From contig JAQUCE010000009.1 of assembly GCA_028686345.1 (NCBI GenBank), positions 1,343 through 65,342 of the forward strand: a DNA stretch of 64,000 nt. Direction: 5' to 3'. Source of the DNA: Kiritimatiellia bacterium (lineage in GTDB: Bacteria > Verrucomicrobiota > Kiritimatiellia > RFP12 > UBA1067). Numbering within the stretch: the first letter of the stretch is position 1; each line of letters begins with the position of its first letter. Position numbers and translations under genes: made by a program. The notes under the pieces were generated by a model. It did not search any database, was not told where the DNA came from, and saw only the letters and a program-made list of their open reading frames with translations. Positions 21,001-29,519 of this stretch are shown one piece after another.

Positions 21001-22061
21001 GTGCTTTCACCGCTGTGAGCAACCGCGTGGCGATTGCTCTGCGGTCAACCGACTTTGTGACATGGACGGGCACGGCGGAGCTGGTAGTGCCATCGGGAAT
21101 TGAGGTGTATAGCGCACAGATTGGGGGAACTCCGCTGAGCACTCTCACATTCTCAAGTTCATCCCTGCCGCAAACGCTTTATGTCACCAGCTCGGAACCG
21201 GGCGAGTACACGCTGAAACTAGTTCCGCAGGGATTAAACTCCGGAGATGCTGTGAAGTTGACCGTTGTGAAGGTGGATATGAAAGTTTCTCATCCTCAAA
21301 ATCCCGGGCCAACCGGATCGGCAGCGAAATATATTAATAGTCCGAATATTGGTTCTGCTAATAATTTATTTTCCACTTGGCAAAATGAGTTGTTTCAAGC
21401 AAGTGTGAATATTGAACCCGTAGAACTAGTTGACAATCTTCCGGCAGGATTCATTAAATGGATAGTGGCGGGGTTCACTATTTCAGATAACACTACTGAG
21501 TATATTTTTGCTTGGTCCTCATCCGGTATCAAAGAAATCGTGATCGAGTTATCTTCATGCGGGATAACCAAAAAAGTTTGTGTGGATATTCCAAATGTTG
21601 GAGTTCTTGGTCAAACTGCTGCAGCAATGTTGGTTGGACCTACAGCTGCAACGCTTATTGCAAGTTATGCGCAAGATTCTATAGATTATTCAAATAACAA
21701 CTTTCCCATAGGCCCACACAGAGATGCTTATCGTCATGCTTATTGGAACTCACTCTCAGCCTCGCACATTCTTGTTACAAAGCAACAAGCATTACTTGTA
21801 ACGACAGGACACGAGCATGACAATCGCGATGACGATCATCAACAAGCCTTTAACTCTACAATGGATTTGCATAATAACTCTGTCGGAATCGCCATTAATC
21901 ACACAACCTTTCTCGGGACACCGGATGAAGCGGTTATCCAGAATGACATTTCTTTGCAATATTCGAATGGTGGTCTTTGGATATGGGATGGCGGGGGATC
22001 ACAAGAGAATAGTGAAGGCATTCTTGTACAATCAAATGGTTTAAAAATCTATTCCAAATAG
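18048..22061 (+). CDS. large secreted multidomain protein: signal peptide, thrombospondin-type-3-like Ca-binding repeats, conserved 'pre-toxin-like' constant domain, variable C-terminal domain CT1 (candidate polymorphic toxin)
   Basis: Signal peptide MSNKSYRGKK…LCLSAIAAFSLCAVAVAA. Many DxDxDGLxDxxE repeats. The constant block (…GDLVRAEFYFGDHSGS…TVVKV) recurs in two downstream orphan ORFs. The AT-rich, His-rich C-terminal ~260 aa (…GPHRDAYRHAYWN…TGHEHDN…DLHNNSVG…) is unique to this gene. Confidence 0.7.
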   Translation: MSNKSYRGKKNNDTGSVFRSMPLLCLSAIAAFSLCAVAVAALTGKPVAEPDGSAFATALFNHLRSDPAFSVDDLVERYIYDQNIFTYIAPPAAGYTLFQPGATLYLPDKNEFSRDFLDNLVSSEESGDHCAFIWIYEDALSPGRELVIRNDYDVELARIAREPGYTPDWVVNRIYPNLALYPLAYQKYLAEIFDPARICMRYTLIAGDSALVDYVDLKTEKFLLSRSLASMQPATMGRGIPASHSLTNLMFTAVEPQTNNTVNLTIGWPDSGLPTNRLEIFTCDNLSTGLWNSATVVTINLATNRYLWTDSTTAPRRFYHCFALQDSDGDGITTGHEKLFYGTDPALYDTDVDGLSDSFELFENSYTNTILGGPATLWTDPLVKDSDGDGLDDGEERLLGTDPWRIDSDGDLLSDYEEVNGNPATDPLDPDSDDDGLTDYEEQVLGTNPLKADTDGDGLTDYEEVNGDPATNPLLWSSDSDNLSDAQEILLGTDPFSADTDGDGLPDDAEAVQVASRPFSWEWHTLTNAVNIFTHMPDGTTGGFVSELALPFPVTVGGAVHTNIALSLDGYLFLLKSGEALPSELTVAPSNLSTTALNSPHEFIAPYWSDLRAFPSYAGSSIKMAEIAPTNGNRRCVIEYKNLCATGIGTYADHISFQIVLTDNPTNNLITVNYNDIAPVLNGANACIGIQRSGAQQYVRASYSYNQPGSIYSGLSLAFALNPGTNPLEKDSDHDGLTDYEEVNGIPATDPRQPDTDGDGLTDKWERDNNMNPAVNNDTDGIPNNGANEDFDGDGLTNAQENDLGTSGTSGDSDGDLIGDAAELANGSDPNNSESSSSGDLVRAEFYFGDHSGSSSEKYCLRLSPMNGIDPRGTISMVNLNYGQCETKTNLLYRGEEYTLTLEHAGTTESGSPDYDYILRVTVPQPRVIDDPDTIICENEDSTSFYAQGKQAYIRIGGLDLDIDLDYDGTVNNDGSEEQTEAGLGAFTAVSNRVAIALRSTDFVTWTGTAELVVPSGIEVYSAQIGGTPLSTLTFSSSSLPQTLYVTSSEPGEYTLKLVPQGLNSGDAVKLTVVKVDMKVSHPQNPGPTGSAAKYINSPNIGSANNLFSTWQNELFQASVNIEPVELVDNLPAGFIKWIVAGFTISDNTTEYIFAWSSSGIKEIVIELSSCGITKKVCVDIPNVGVLGQTAAAMLVGPTAATLIASYAQDSIDYSNNNFPIGPHRDAYRHAYWNSLSASHILVTKQQALLVTTGHEHDNRDDDHQQAFNSTMDLHNNSVGIAINHTTFLGTPDEAVIQNDISLQYSNGGLWIWDGGGSQENSEGILVQSNGLKIYSK

Positions 22062-22072
22062 TGAGGTAATTA

Positions 22073-22708
22073 ATGATGAAGTTTTTTTTAATTATAATGT
22101 TCTGTGTCTGTAGTAATGCTGTAATTAACGCAGTTGAGTTAGGCGAAAAATATACAACTTTAATTTTTCCCGAAAACGTAAATCTTGGTATGACTTGCAA
22201 CATGATTCAGACTCAAAGACCTGACGCTAAAAAAATTAAAGGTGTAATTCGTTCTCAAAATACGAATGTTGTCGTTCTGGCTGAACTGAAAGTTGATGCT
22301 GTTCCTTTAGTCTGTTATCAATACCATTTTATTGATAATCATTTAAGAGCTATAACTAAAAGCATTGGGCATGGAGCAAATCGAGACGAGCAAATGGTCA
22401 AACGTCTTCATGAAGCTATTTCAAAGGATTTAAAAAAACAGGCGGATGAAAAAATATTGCGCTTGAACACTGAACTTGAGCAGATACCGGTCGAGCTTTG
22501 GAAGGATGAAAAAAATGGCAAATGTGTCTATTTTGTGGACACTTCAAATGACACATCGGTTATAGTATTTGATCCGAAATACTTTGTGAAAAAAGACTTT
22601 TTTATTACTGCTGATGAAATGCAGCAAGTTATCCCAGCGGTAGAGAGTGTACATAAAGCTATCGAATCATCAAAGAAGCAAAAAAACAAAAAAGCAAATC
22701 AAGAGTAA
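22073..22708 (+). CDS. candidate cognate immunity protein 1 (small exported protein, AT-rich)
   Basis: Starts 11 nt after the stop of the large gene. N-terminal hydrophobic signal. Composition is markedly lower GC than the flanks. Confidence 0.45.
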   Translation: MMKFFLIIMFCVCSNAVINAVELGEKYTTLIFPENVNLGMTCNMIQTQRPDAKKIKGVIRSQNTNVVVLAELKVDAVPLVCYQYHFIDNHLRAITKSIGHGANRDEQMVKRLHEAISKDLKKQADEKILRLNTELEQIPVELWKDEKNGKCVYFVDTSNDTSVIVFDPKYFVKKDFFITADEMQQVIPAVESVHKAIESSKKQKNKKANQE

Positions 22709-22713
22709 ATACT

Positions 22714-24663
22714 ATGAAAGAAGTCTTGTTAATATTGAAAAAAACTGGATTGCTTAAAGGTTGGATTATAAACAATTCGAATAACGCTCAAAGCAGTATT
22801 GCTGGCGATCTGGTCCGAGCTGAGTTTTACTTCGGTGACCACAGCCCCGGCCACTCCGAAAAATACTGCCTGCGGCTCACTCCCATGAACGACATAGATC
22901 CGCGCGGAACCATCAGCATGGTCAACCTCAACTACGGCGTATGTGAAACCAAGACCAACCTCCTCTATCGCGGTGAAGAGTACACCCTGACCCTTGAACA
23001 TGCTGGAACCACAGAATCCGGATCGCCTGACTATGACTATACCCTTGAAGTCACCGTCCCGCAGCCGCGCGTGATTGATGACCCCGACACTATCATCTGT
23101 GAGAACGAAGACAGCAATCCATTCTACGCTCAGGGCAAGCAGGCCTACATCCGCATCGGCGGTCTTGACCTTGATGTTGATCTCAATGGCGACGGAATAG
23201 TGAACAACATTGATTCAGAGGAACTCACTGAGGCTGATCTCGGCGCGTTTACAGCAGTCAGCAATCGCGTGGCCATCGCCCTGCGTTCAACCGACTTTGT
23301 GGCTTGGACGGGCTCGGCGGAGCTGGTTGTGCCGTCGGGTATTGAGGTGTATAATGTTCAAAGTGGGGGAGCTCCGCTGAGTTCGTTGACGTTTTCATCC
23401 CTGCCGCAAACGCTTTATGTCACCAGCTCGGAACCGGACGAGTACACGCTGAAACTAGTTCCGCAGGGATTAAACTCCGGAGATGCTGTGAAAGTTACGG
23501 TTGTTAAGGTGGAGTTGGATATTAGGGAGACTGCTCAACCTCAAAACAGGGTTGGACGAGATGATCCGCGTGTTTTGGACCGCGTAAAGAATCGCATTCT
23601 GGTATGGGCGAACAGTGGGGCTAACACCATTACTTTTGATCTAATCAAACCCCCCAATATCATGGGGCCTGTATGGATTCAGATAGAAGATCTGAAAGGG
23701 TTGAATTCTGGCATGCCCCATTTCGAACGGTTGGATGTGGCATCAACTGCATTCACGTATACCGTCGCCGATGACAATGATGACCCCGATCTACTTGTCC
23801 GATATGGGGCCGATCTCGATTCCGATGGCACATTGTCAGGATTCAATGAAACAAAGGGAACGTATGAGGTTTACGGTGTCACGGCAGAGGACTATGCCGA
23901 GTCTAGGAATAATTATAATTGGTACTATCTTCCCGGTTCTCTTTACGATTTGGCAGACCAGTTGCATAAACGATTCGCTAATGGCACCTTTGGCGCTGGC
24001 GATTTTATTCCGACGAGCGTTTCGGGCAGTGCGACACTCAACACCACTCGGCTGACCCACTATTTTGGAGCCAGTCTCACAGATGCAGGCTTTATCTCGC
24101 TTGGAGGACGCCAGTACTATGCGGCAACTGTGACATTTCCGATCTATCATTACATCGACAATTCCGATGCCTCGGAGTTGATCAGGGAAAGTGCTCACAC
24201 GAAAGACGGTCTTGATGCATTAGTTGCAAGTCTCTCATATGCGACAGTTGCAGCCGAGTATACCGCTGCTTCTGGCGGCGTAACACGTTCAGTAAAATTA
24301 TCCTTGGATGGGAGAACCTTCCAGTTCGGTCCGGCCGGAAGCATCGGGCTAGGAGGTGTTAGCGTAAACTCAGCAGCCCCTTATTCAAGTGCAGGAAGTA
24401 TAACCCTGCAAGTTACGCTCAGCGGAGTAACCTATAATATCGGCACAGATGCTATCATTGATCTGACGATTCATGATGTCTTTGATTTTGATTACTTTAC
24501 GACGGGGTGGCTGGCTGGGTTCAGCGATTCATCGCAGTCCGCAGCCATAATCCAAAACGGTTTCAGCAAGACCGGCAGCACCACCAATGCTGGTCAAATA
24601 GGTCTTGTTGAAGTGGAAATTGATGGTTCCGTCATAATTACCGGAAGGACTGTTACACCATGA
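22714..24663 (+). CDS. orphan module 2: 5'-truncated copy of the constant domain fused to a different C-terminal domain (CT2)
   Basis: Residues ~30-265 are ~85-90% identical to residues ~830-1085 of the 18048..22061 protein. The sequence diverges completely after …TVVKVE. Confidence 0.6.
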   Translation: MKEVLLILKKTGLLKGWIINNSNNAQSSIAGDLVRAEFYFGDHSPGHSEKYCLRLTPMNDIDPRGTISMVNLNYGVCETKTNLLYRGEEYTLTLEHAGTTESGSPDYDYTLEVTVPQPRVIDDPDTIICENEDSNPFYAQGKQAYIRIGGLDLDVDLNGDGIVNNIDSEELTEADLGAFTAVSNRVAIALRSTDFVAWTGSAELVVPSGIEVYNVQSGGAPLSSLTFSSLPQTLYVTSSEPDEYTLKLVPQGLNSGDAVKVTVVKVELDIRETAQPQNRVGRDDPRVLDRVKNRILVWANSGANTITFDLIKPPNIMGPVWIQIEDLKGLNSGMPHFERLDVASTAFTYTVADDNDDPDLLVRYGADLDSDGTLSGFNETKGTYEVYGVTAEDYAESRNNYNWYYLPGSLYDLADQLHKRFANGTFGAGDFIPTSVSGSATLNTTRLTHYFGASLTDAGFISLGGRQYYAATVTFPIYHYIDNSDASELIRESAHTKDGLDALVASLSYATVAAEYTAASGGVTRSVKLSLDGRTFQFGPAGSIGLGGVSVNSAAPYSSAGSITLQVTLSGVTYNIGTDAIIDLTIHDVFDFDYFTTGWLAGFSDSSQSAAIIQNGFSKTGSTTNAGQIGLVEVEIDGSVIITGRTVTP

Positions 24664-25637
24664 ACATATTTCAATGCTTTTTATGCGCATTTACTTTCCT
24701 GATGACGCTTGCGATTATAAACCCGCCCGTCGCACGTGGGTCACAACAACCAGACGATGAAACGAGTTTGAACATTATAGCGACGAATGCCTTTCAGATT
24801 CTAAGAGATGTTCCCTCTATTGGACTGGAACAGAGCCTGTCGGGAATTGAACAAATAATAAAGACTCATCATCGACTGTTACGGGAAACAGACTTATCGA
24901 AAAAGCACTTTTCTTTAGTTCTTGCTGATGCCGTGGCATATGCCCTTATTACAGAAATTCATCGCGCTGACATTACCCGTCTTGGCACAGACCCAGATAT
25001 GACACCCAAGAGTAAATCGTTCAATAAGACGACGGCTGTTCGGTTATGGAAGGCGAACATGCCTGACTTTCCGGCTTCGATCCGGCAAATTCTACGGAAG
25101 GATGGTGCTATCACGGGCTATATTTCAAGGCGATCTTGTGAAGAGGACGTTTTCAGTGGGGAGATGATCGATAAAGCCCCACTTGATACGATCCGGCCTC
25201 GTATTCGAGAACTTCATGAGAAGGCATTGCGCCCTATAGCTTTGGGCAAGAATCCTTCCGTTGATGAACAATTTCTCAGCGTACTTGTACAATGCCAGTC
25301 ATTCCGCGATATCGATATGATCATTAATTTGTATGAAAATGGCGATCTGCCGAGTGACTCGATTTCGCTTAGAGCTGCCATTGATGAAGTGATGAAGCCG
25401 TCTGTCGGAAAACGCGTTGACGATGGAATGAAGGCATCCGCATTCAAAGTATGGTTGACATTTAGACGCTATTATCCAGGAGGAACGAGCCATGATCCTG
25501 TTGGACCGATTGAGGAGTACTATTTAAAGCAAGCCCTTACGCTTGCTCCATTCATGACCGATTCGAGTTCGCTTCCTGAATCTGCTAAGAAAGTATTGGT
25601 CAAGATGGGAATGGTTCAGGGTCAAACTGAAAAATAA
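24660..25637 (+). CDS. candidate immunity protein 2 (signal-peptide protein; start overlaps the CT2 stop, ATGA)
   Basis: 4-nt overlap with the upstream ORF. N-terminal signal MNIFQCFLCAFTFLMTLAIINPPVA. No recognisable family. Confidence 0.45.
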   Translation: MNIFQCFLCAFTFLMTLAIINPPVARGSQQPDDETSLNIIATNAFQILRDVPSIGLEQSLSGIEQIIKTHHRLLRETDLSKKHFSLVLADAVAYALITEIHRADITRLGTDPDMTPKSKSFNKTTAVRLWKANMPDFPASIRQILRKDGAITGYISRRSCEEDVFSGEMIDKAPLDTIRPRIRELHEKALRPIALGKNPSVDEQFLSVLVQCQSFRDIDMIINLYENGDLPSDSISLRAAIDEVMKPSVGKRVDDGMKASAFKVWLTFRRYYPGGTSHDPVGPIEEYYLKQALTLAPFMTDSSSLPESAKKVLVKMGMVQGQTEK

Positions 25638-25656
25638 AAATAAAAATGAGCCATTA

Positions 25657-28575
25657 ATGTCGTCTACTTGCTGGACAGTCAACTACAACGATATCACGCC
25701 GGTTTTGAACGGCGCGAACGCCGCCGTCGGCCTTCAGCGCCCCGGTGCTCAGCAGTATGTTCGGACATCCTACTCCTTCAATCAGCCCGGCACTTTTTAC
25801 ACTGGACTCTCCCTGGCCTTCGCTCTCAATCCCGGCAGTAATCCGCTGGAAAAAGATAGCGACCACGATGGACTCACCGACTACGAGGAGGTCAACGGCA
25901 TTCCTGCCACCGATCCTCGTCAGCCCGACACTGATGGCGATGGGCTCACGGACGGGTGGGAGCGTGACAACAACATGAATCCCGCAGTCAATAATGATAC
26001 CGATGGAATACCTAACAACGGCGCGAATGAGGATTTTGACGGCGACGGCCTGACCAACGCGCAGGAGAACGACCTCGGCACCTCGGGTACAAGCGGTGAC
26101 TCCGACGGAGATTTGGTCGGCGACGCCGCCGAATTCGCAAACGGCTCCGATCCGAATAATTCTGAAAGTTCCTCGTCCGGCGACCTTGTCCGAGCAGAGT
26201 TCTACTTCGGTGACCACAGCGGCAGCCACTCCGAAAAATACTGCCTGCGGCTCTCACCCATGAACGGCATAGATCCGCGCGGGCCCATCAATATGGTTAA
26301 TCTCAACTACGGACAATGTGAGACAAAGGAAAATCTCTTATACCGAGGCGAAGAGTACACCCTGACCCTTGAACATGCAGGCACATCAAGATCCGGATCG
26401 CCCGACTATGACTATACCCTTGAAGTCACCGTCCCTCAGCCCAACGTGATCGATGACCCTGATGCCATTATCTGTGTGAACAACGACAGCACCTCATTCT
26501 ACGCTCAGGGCAAGCAGGCCTGCATCCGCATCGGCGGGCTTGACCTCGATATCGACCTAGACTATGATGGAACCGTGAACAACGATAAATCAGAGGAACA
26601 GACCGAGGCCGATCCCGGCGCTTTCACCGCAGTCAGCAACCGTGTGGCGATAGCCCTGCGCACAATGGATTCTGTCACATGGACAGGAACTGCCGAGCTG
26701 GTTGTGCCGACGGGGATCGAAGTTTACGCAGCCCCAACCGGCGGCACACCGCTGAGCAGCTTCACGTTTAACAGCAGCTCATTGCCCCAGACGCTCTACG
26801 TCATGAGCTCGGAGCCGGGCGTGTATACGCTGCGGCTTGTTCCGGCGGGGCTGAATTCCGGGGATGCGGTGGAGTTGACGGTTGTGAAGGTTGAGTTCGT
26901 CTATGCTCAAGGCGAAAATGAGGGAGAGCCGATAGAAGGCGATCTGGGCCTTTTCACTCCATCTTCTGGAGTGAATGCGGGAATACCGATATATGATACT
27001 CCTGATGTCGACTTGGCTTTCGAAATTGGAGGACTTTACTCTAACACGCTTGATTCTGTTAATTTGACATATTTTGATGCCCGCGTGACCTTAACCGAGA
27101 CTGGCAATGATACCCTTGTCTTCACAAACGCTGGATTCGCTCTAACTTTTATTGCTCCTCTTTTAGCTGACAGCAATGTTCTGGAGTCTGTTCGCGTTTC
27201 GGTCACGGCCTCTTCATATGGCATTACCAACGCCCAATACGAGTGCTGGGAAACAACTTCGTCCTCACTGTCATTCGTAAATGAGACGACTGCGATAATC
27301 ACATCGCTTAGCGGTCTGAGCAGCAATGTTGTAGATATAATGTTACTTCAGCTAAGTGATATGGAAGGCGAATTCAGCTTCAACTTGATGGAGACATCGA
27401 CTGATTCATGCTGTTTTCAGAGTACCGAAATCTCAGCGACTTTAGTTAATATTTCAACCTTAACTGTTAACGCCGATACACTACACATATCCTTGAACAA
27501 CTTTGGTTTATACTCAAACACCGTGTTTTCAGTGAATGAAACGGGAGGAGAGGTCAAAGTTTTTAGAAACTTTGATGAACCGCTGTCGACAACTATTCCC
27601 GATATAGCAGTTCCCGATTTCCTGCCGTGGAAAGTTAAAATACATGGAATTATTGACCCGGAGAGAGTCTCACCTCTGTTAATCTCAACCACTGTGTACG
27701 AGTGCAGATCGACGACTTTCTCGGCTATATCCAATTCATTAATCTCAGACCAGAAATTTATTATTGTTCCTGATGACATCACTTCTCAGGATGTACCTTC
27801 CGGCTATGAGGTAATCAACATTAATGCTGTTGAACTGGACTGGACAGATGCGACATCGGAAGATCTAACGCTTGCCTTTGAGCAGTATGCTATGCTGAAT
27901 GTTGCGGGGTGCTCCAAAAACAAGAAGGTCCAGCCGGACGCTGTTGTGCTCCAGTCACTTCCTTGGCAGCACCGGGTTGGGCTGGGACTCGACCCTGAGA
28001 ACAGAATAAGAAAACCCTACATTGAAATGGGATATTCCGCTATTCGTGACTATCACGCCTCGGTCAGCGACACATTGAACAAATATATTAAAGGCAAGCA
28101 ATTATGGTACTCCATGAGCCATGGCGCTTTGACGGACGGCACCCCTTATTCCGTGTTTCAGGGGTTGAAGTTCAAAGACGGCGGTATAACAAAAAACCAA
28201 TTGGATAACCTTAATCTTAATTATCGACTTGTTGTAGCTGACGGATGTTGCTCCGCCCATGCATCTCTAGATTCCGTCGAAGCAGCCAGAACATCCAGCA
28301 CGCTGACTAAGGCTGCGCAGGCATTTGCCGACAGTTTTGGTCCAGATGTAGCTTACATGGGATGGGGTTGGACCATGACGCCGAATGCGGCGCAGCTCTG
28401 GTCATCGGAGTTCATTAACAACCTGAAGTATATGTCGGGTATCAAGAGGGGCAGGACTGTGGATGAGGCGCATGCAGAATTTATGGGTGACCATACCCAA
28501 GCAGCTGATGCAAAATTAATGAAGGTTTACGGAAATATTGATGCTGTAATTGAAAAAAGAGGAGGTGATGAATAA
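25657..28575 (+). CDS. orphan module 3: longer 5'-truncated copy of the constant region (includes TSP3 repeats) fused to a third unrelated C-terminal domain (CT3, possible clan-CD-like Cys peptidase)
   Basis: Homology to the full-length gene begins abruptly at ~25682 (aligned with ~20062) and ends at …TVVKVE (~26893). CT3 ends with …YSMSHGALTDG…(45 aa)…RLVVADGCCSAH, reminiscent of a caspase/gingipain-type His-Gly/Cys dyad. Confidence 0.6.
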   Translation: MSSTCWTVNYNDITPVLNGANAAVGLQRPGAQQYVRTSYSFNQPGTFYTGLSLAFALNPGSNPLEKDSDHDGLTDYEEVNGIPATDPRQPDTDGDGLTDGWERDNNMNPAVNNDTDGIPNNGANEDFDGDGLTNAQENDLGTSGTSGDSDGDLVGDAAEFANGSDPNNSESSSSGDLVRAEFYFGDHSGSHSEKYCLRLSPMNGIDPRGPINMVNLNYGQCETKENLLYRGEEYTLTLEHAGTSRSGSPDYDYTLEVTVPQPNVIDDPDAIICVNNDSTSFYAQGKQACIRIGGLDLDIDLDYDGTVNNDKSEEQTEADPGAFTAVSNRVAIALRTMDSVTWTGTAELVVPTGIEVYAAPTGGTPLSSFTFNSSSLPQTLYVMSSEPGVYTLRLVPAGLNSGDAVELTVVKVEFVYAQGENEGEPIEGDLGLFTPSSGVNAGIPIYDTPDVDLAFEIGGLYSNTLDSVNLTYFDARVTLTETGNDTLVFTNAGFALTFIAPLLADSNVLESVRVSVTASSYGITNAQYECWETTSSSLSFVNETTAIITSLSGLSSNVVDIMLLQLSDMEGEFSFNLMETSTDSCCFQSTEISATLVNISTLTVNADTLHISLNNFGLYSNTVFSVNETGGEVKVFRNFDEPLSTTIPDIAVPDFLPWKVKIHGIIDPERVSPLLISTTVYECRSTTFSAISNSLISDQKFIIVPDDITSQDVPSGYEVININAVELDWTDATSEDLTLAFEQYAMLNVAGCSKNKKVQPDAVVLQSLPWQHRVGLGLDPENRIRKPYIEMGYSAIRDYHASVSDTLNKYIKGKQLWYSMSHGALTDGTPYSVFQGLKFKDGGITKNQLDNLNLNYRLVVADGCCSAHASLDSVEAARTSSTLTKAAQAFADSFGPDVAYMGWGWTMTPNAAQLWSSEFINNLKYMSGIKRGRTVDEAHAEFMGDHTQAADAKLMKVYGNIDAVIEKRGGDE

Positions 28576-29519
28576 TGTTAAAATTTATCATAACTGTTCT
28601 TATCATTTGTGTTGCTCGACAGATTTCATATTGTCAAAACTTGTCAGAAATTGATTATGATTATGCGTGTGATTACTGTAAACGGATTATCAAGCGTATA
28701 GGTTTGAATGAAACAATCTTCAATGGTATTCTGCAAGAATTATCACCCCAAACGGTATATATTGAAAAAAAATTCAACTTACGAGCTGAAACACTTAAAA
28801 TTCACACATCACGGCTTTTTATGAGAATTAATCATAAGACAAAAAGCTTGCAGGTAGTGAATTGCAAATTGGATGATTTTGTTAAAAAGGACCCTATGAA
28901 GATACCCGGGTTGTCAATCACCGAAGCGATAGACAAAGCCATGTTCTATATAAATAAACTAGACGTGGATCTGCCGAAGGAGATGTCACTGAAGAAGGTA
29001 CAGTTCGACAAAGACTATCCTCACTGCTGGGAAGTCCGCTGGGGACCGAGTTACGGAGGGTACGATTATGACGATTTCGTTGCCCCATACGAACAAAGTA
29101 TCATGGTCGTATTTCATGAAACAATTGGTTTTTGTATTTATGCTTGCGGGAATGATTTTCCAGCACCTATAAGCACTGTGACTAAAGTATCGAAAGAGGA
29201 TGCGGTCAGACGTGCAGAAAAAGCGGCTCCAATGGTCATGAAAACACCTTATTACAAAATGGCGAGAGTGCCAGGGTTCAAGGTAAGCGGTCTGGACAAA
29301 GCGGAATTGCTCATCGCTGCACCTAACTGGCTGCTTGATCCGTCCCGTGCCCAATGGATACGTCAGGAGGTGCCAGAGGAGTCACGTCTTTGCTGGGTTA
29401 TTACCTTGCTGACTGTTGATACAGTGAAACGAGAAGACGGAATGTTGCCAATTCCTCCAAAGATTGTTGTGTATATCGATGCTGCGACCGGAGAGATCGT
29501 CGGTGCGAATTTCACTTAG
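28575..29519 (+). CDS. candidate immunity protein 3 (signal-peptide protein, AT-rich; start overlaps the CT3 stop)
   Basis: TAATG overlap. N-terminal MLKFIITVLIICVARQISYC. Several Cys pairs. Low GC. Confidence 0.45.
   Translation: MLKFIITVLIICVARQISYCQNLSEIDYDYACDYCKRIIKRIGLNETIFNGILQELSPQTVYIEKKFNLRAETLKIHTSRLFMRINHKTKSLQVVNCKLDDFVKKDPMKIPGLSITEAIDKAMFYINKLDVDLPKEMSLKKVQFDKDYPHCWEVRWGPSYGGYDYDDFVAPYEQSIMVVFHETIGFCIYACGNDFPAPISTVTKVSKEDAVRRAEKAAPMVMKTPYYKMARVPGFKVSGLDKAELLIAAPNWLLDPSRAQWIRQEVPEESRLCWVITLLTVDTVKREDGMLPIPPKIVVYIDAATGEIVGANFT

Noticed and set aside
18048-22061. Calling the large protein an Rhs/YD-repeat or CDI (CdiA) toxin
   Set aside because: No YD repeats, RHS core, FHA/TPS domain, PT-VENN or PAAR motif are visible. 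Only the locus architecture, not the sequence family, resembles those systems.
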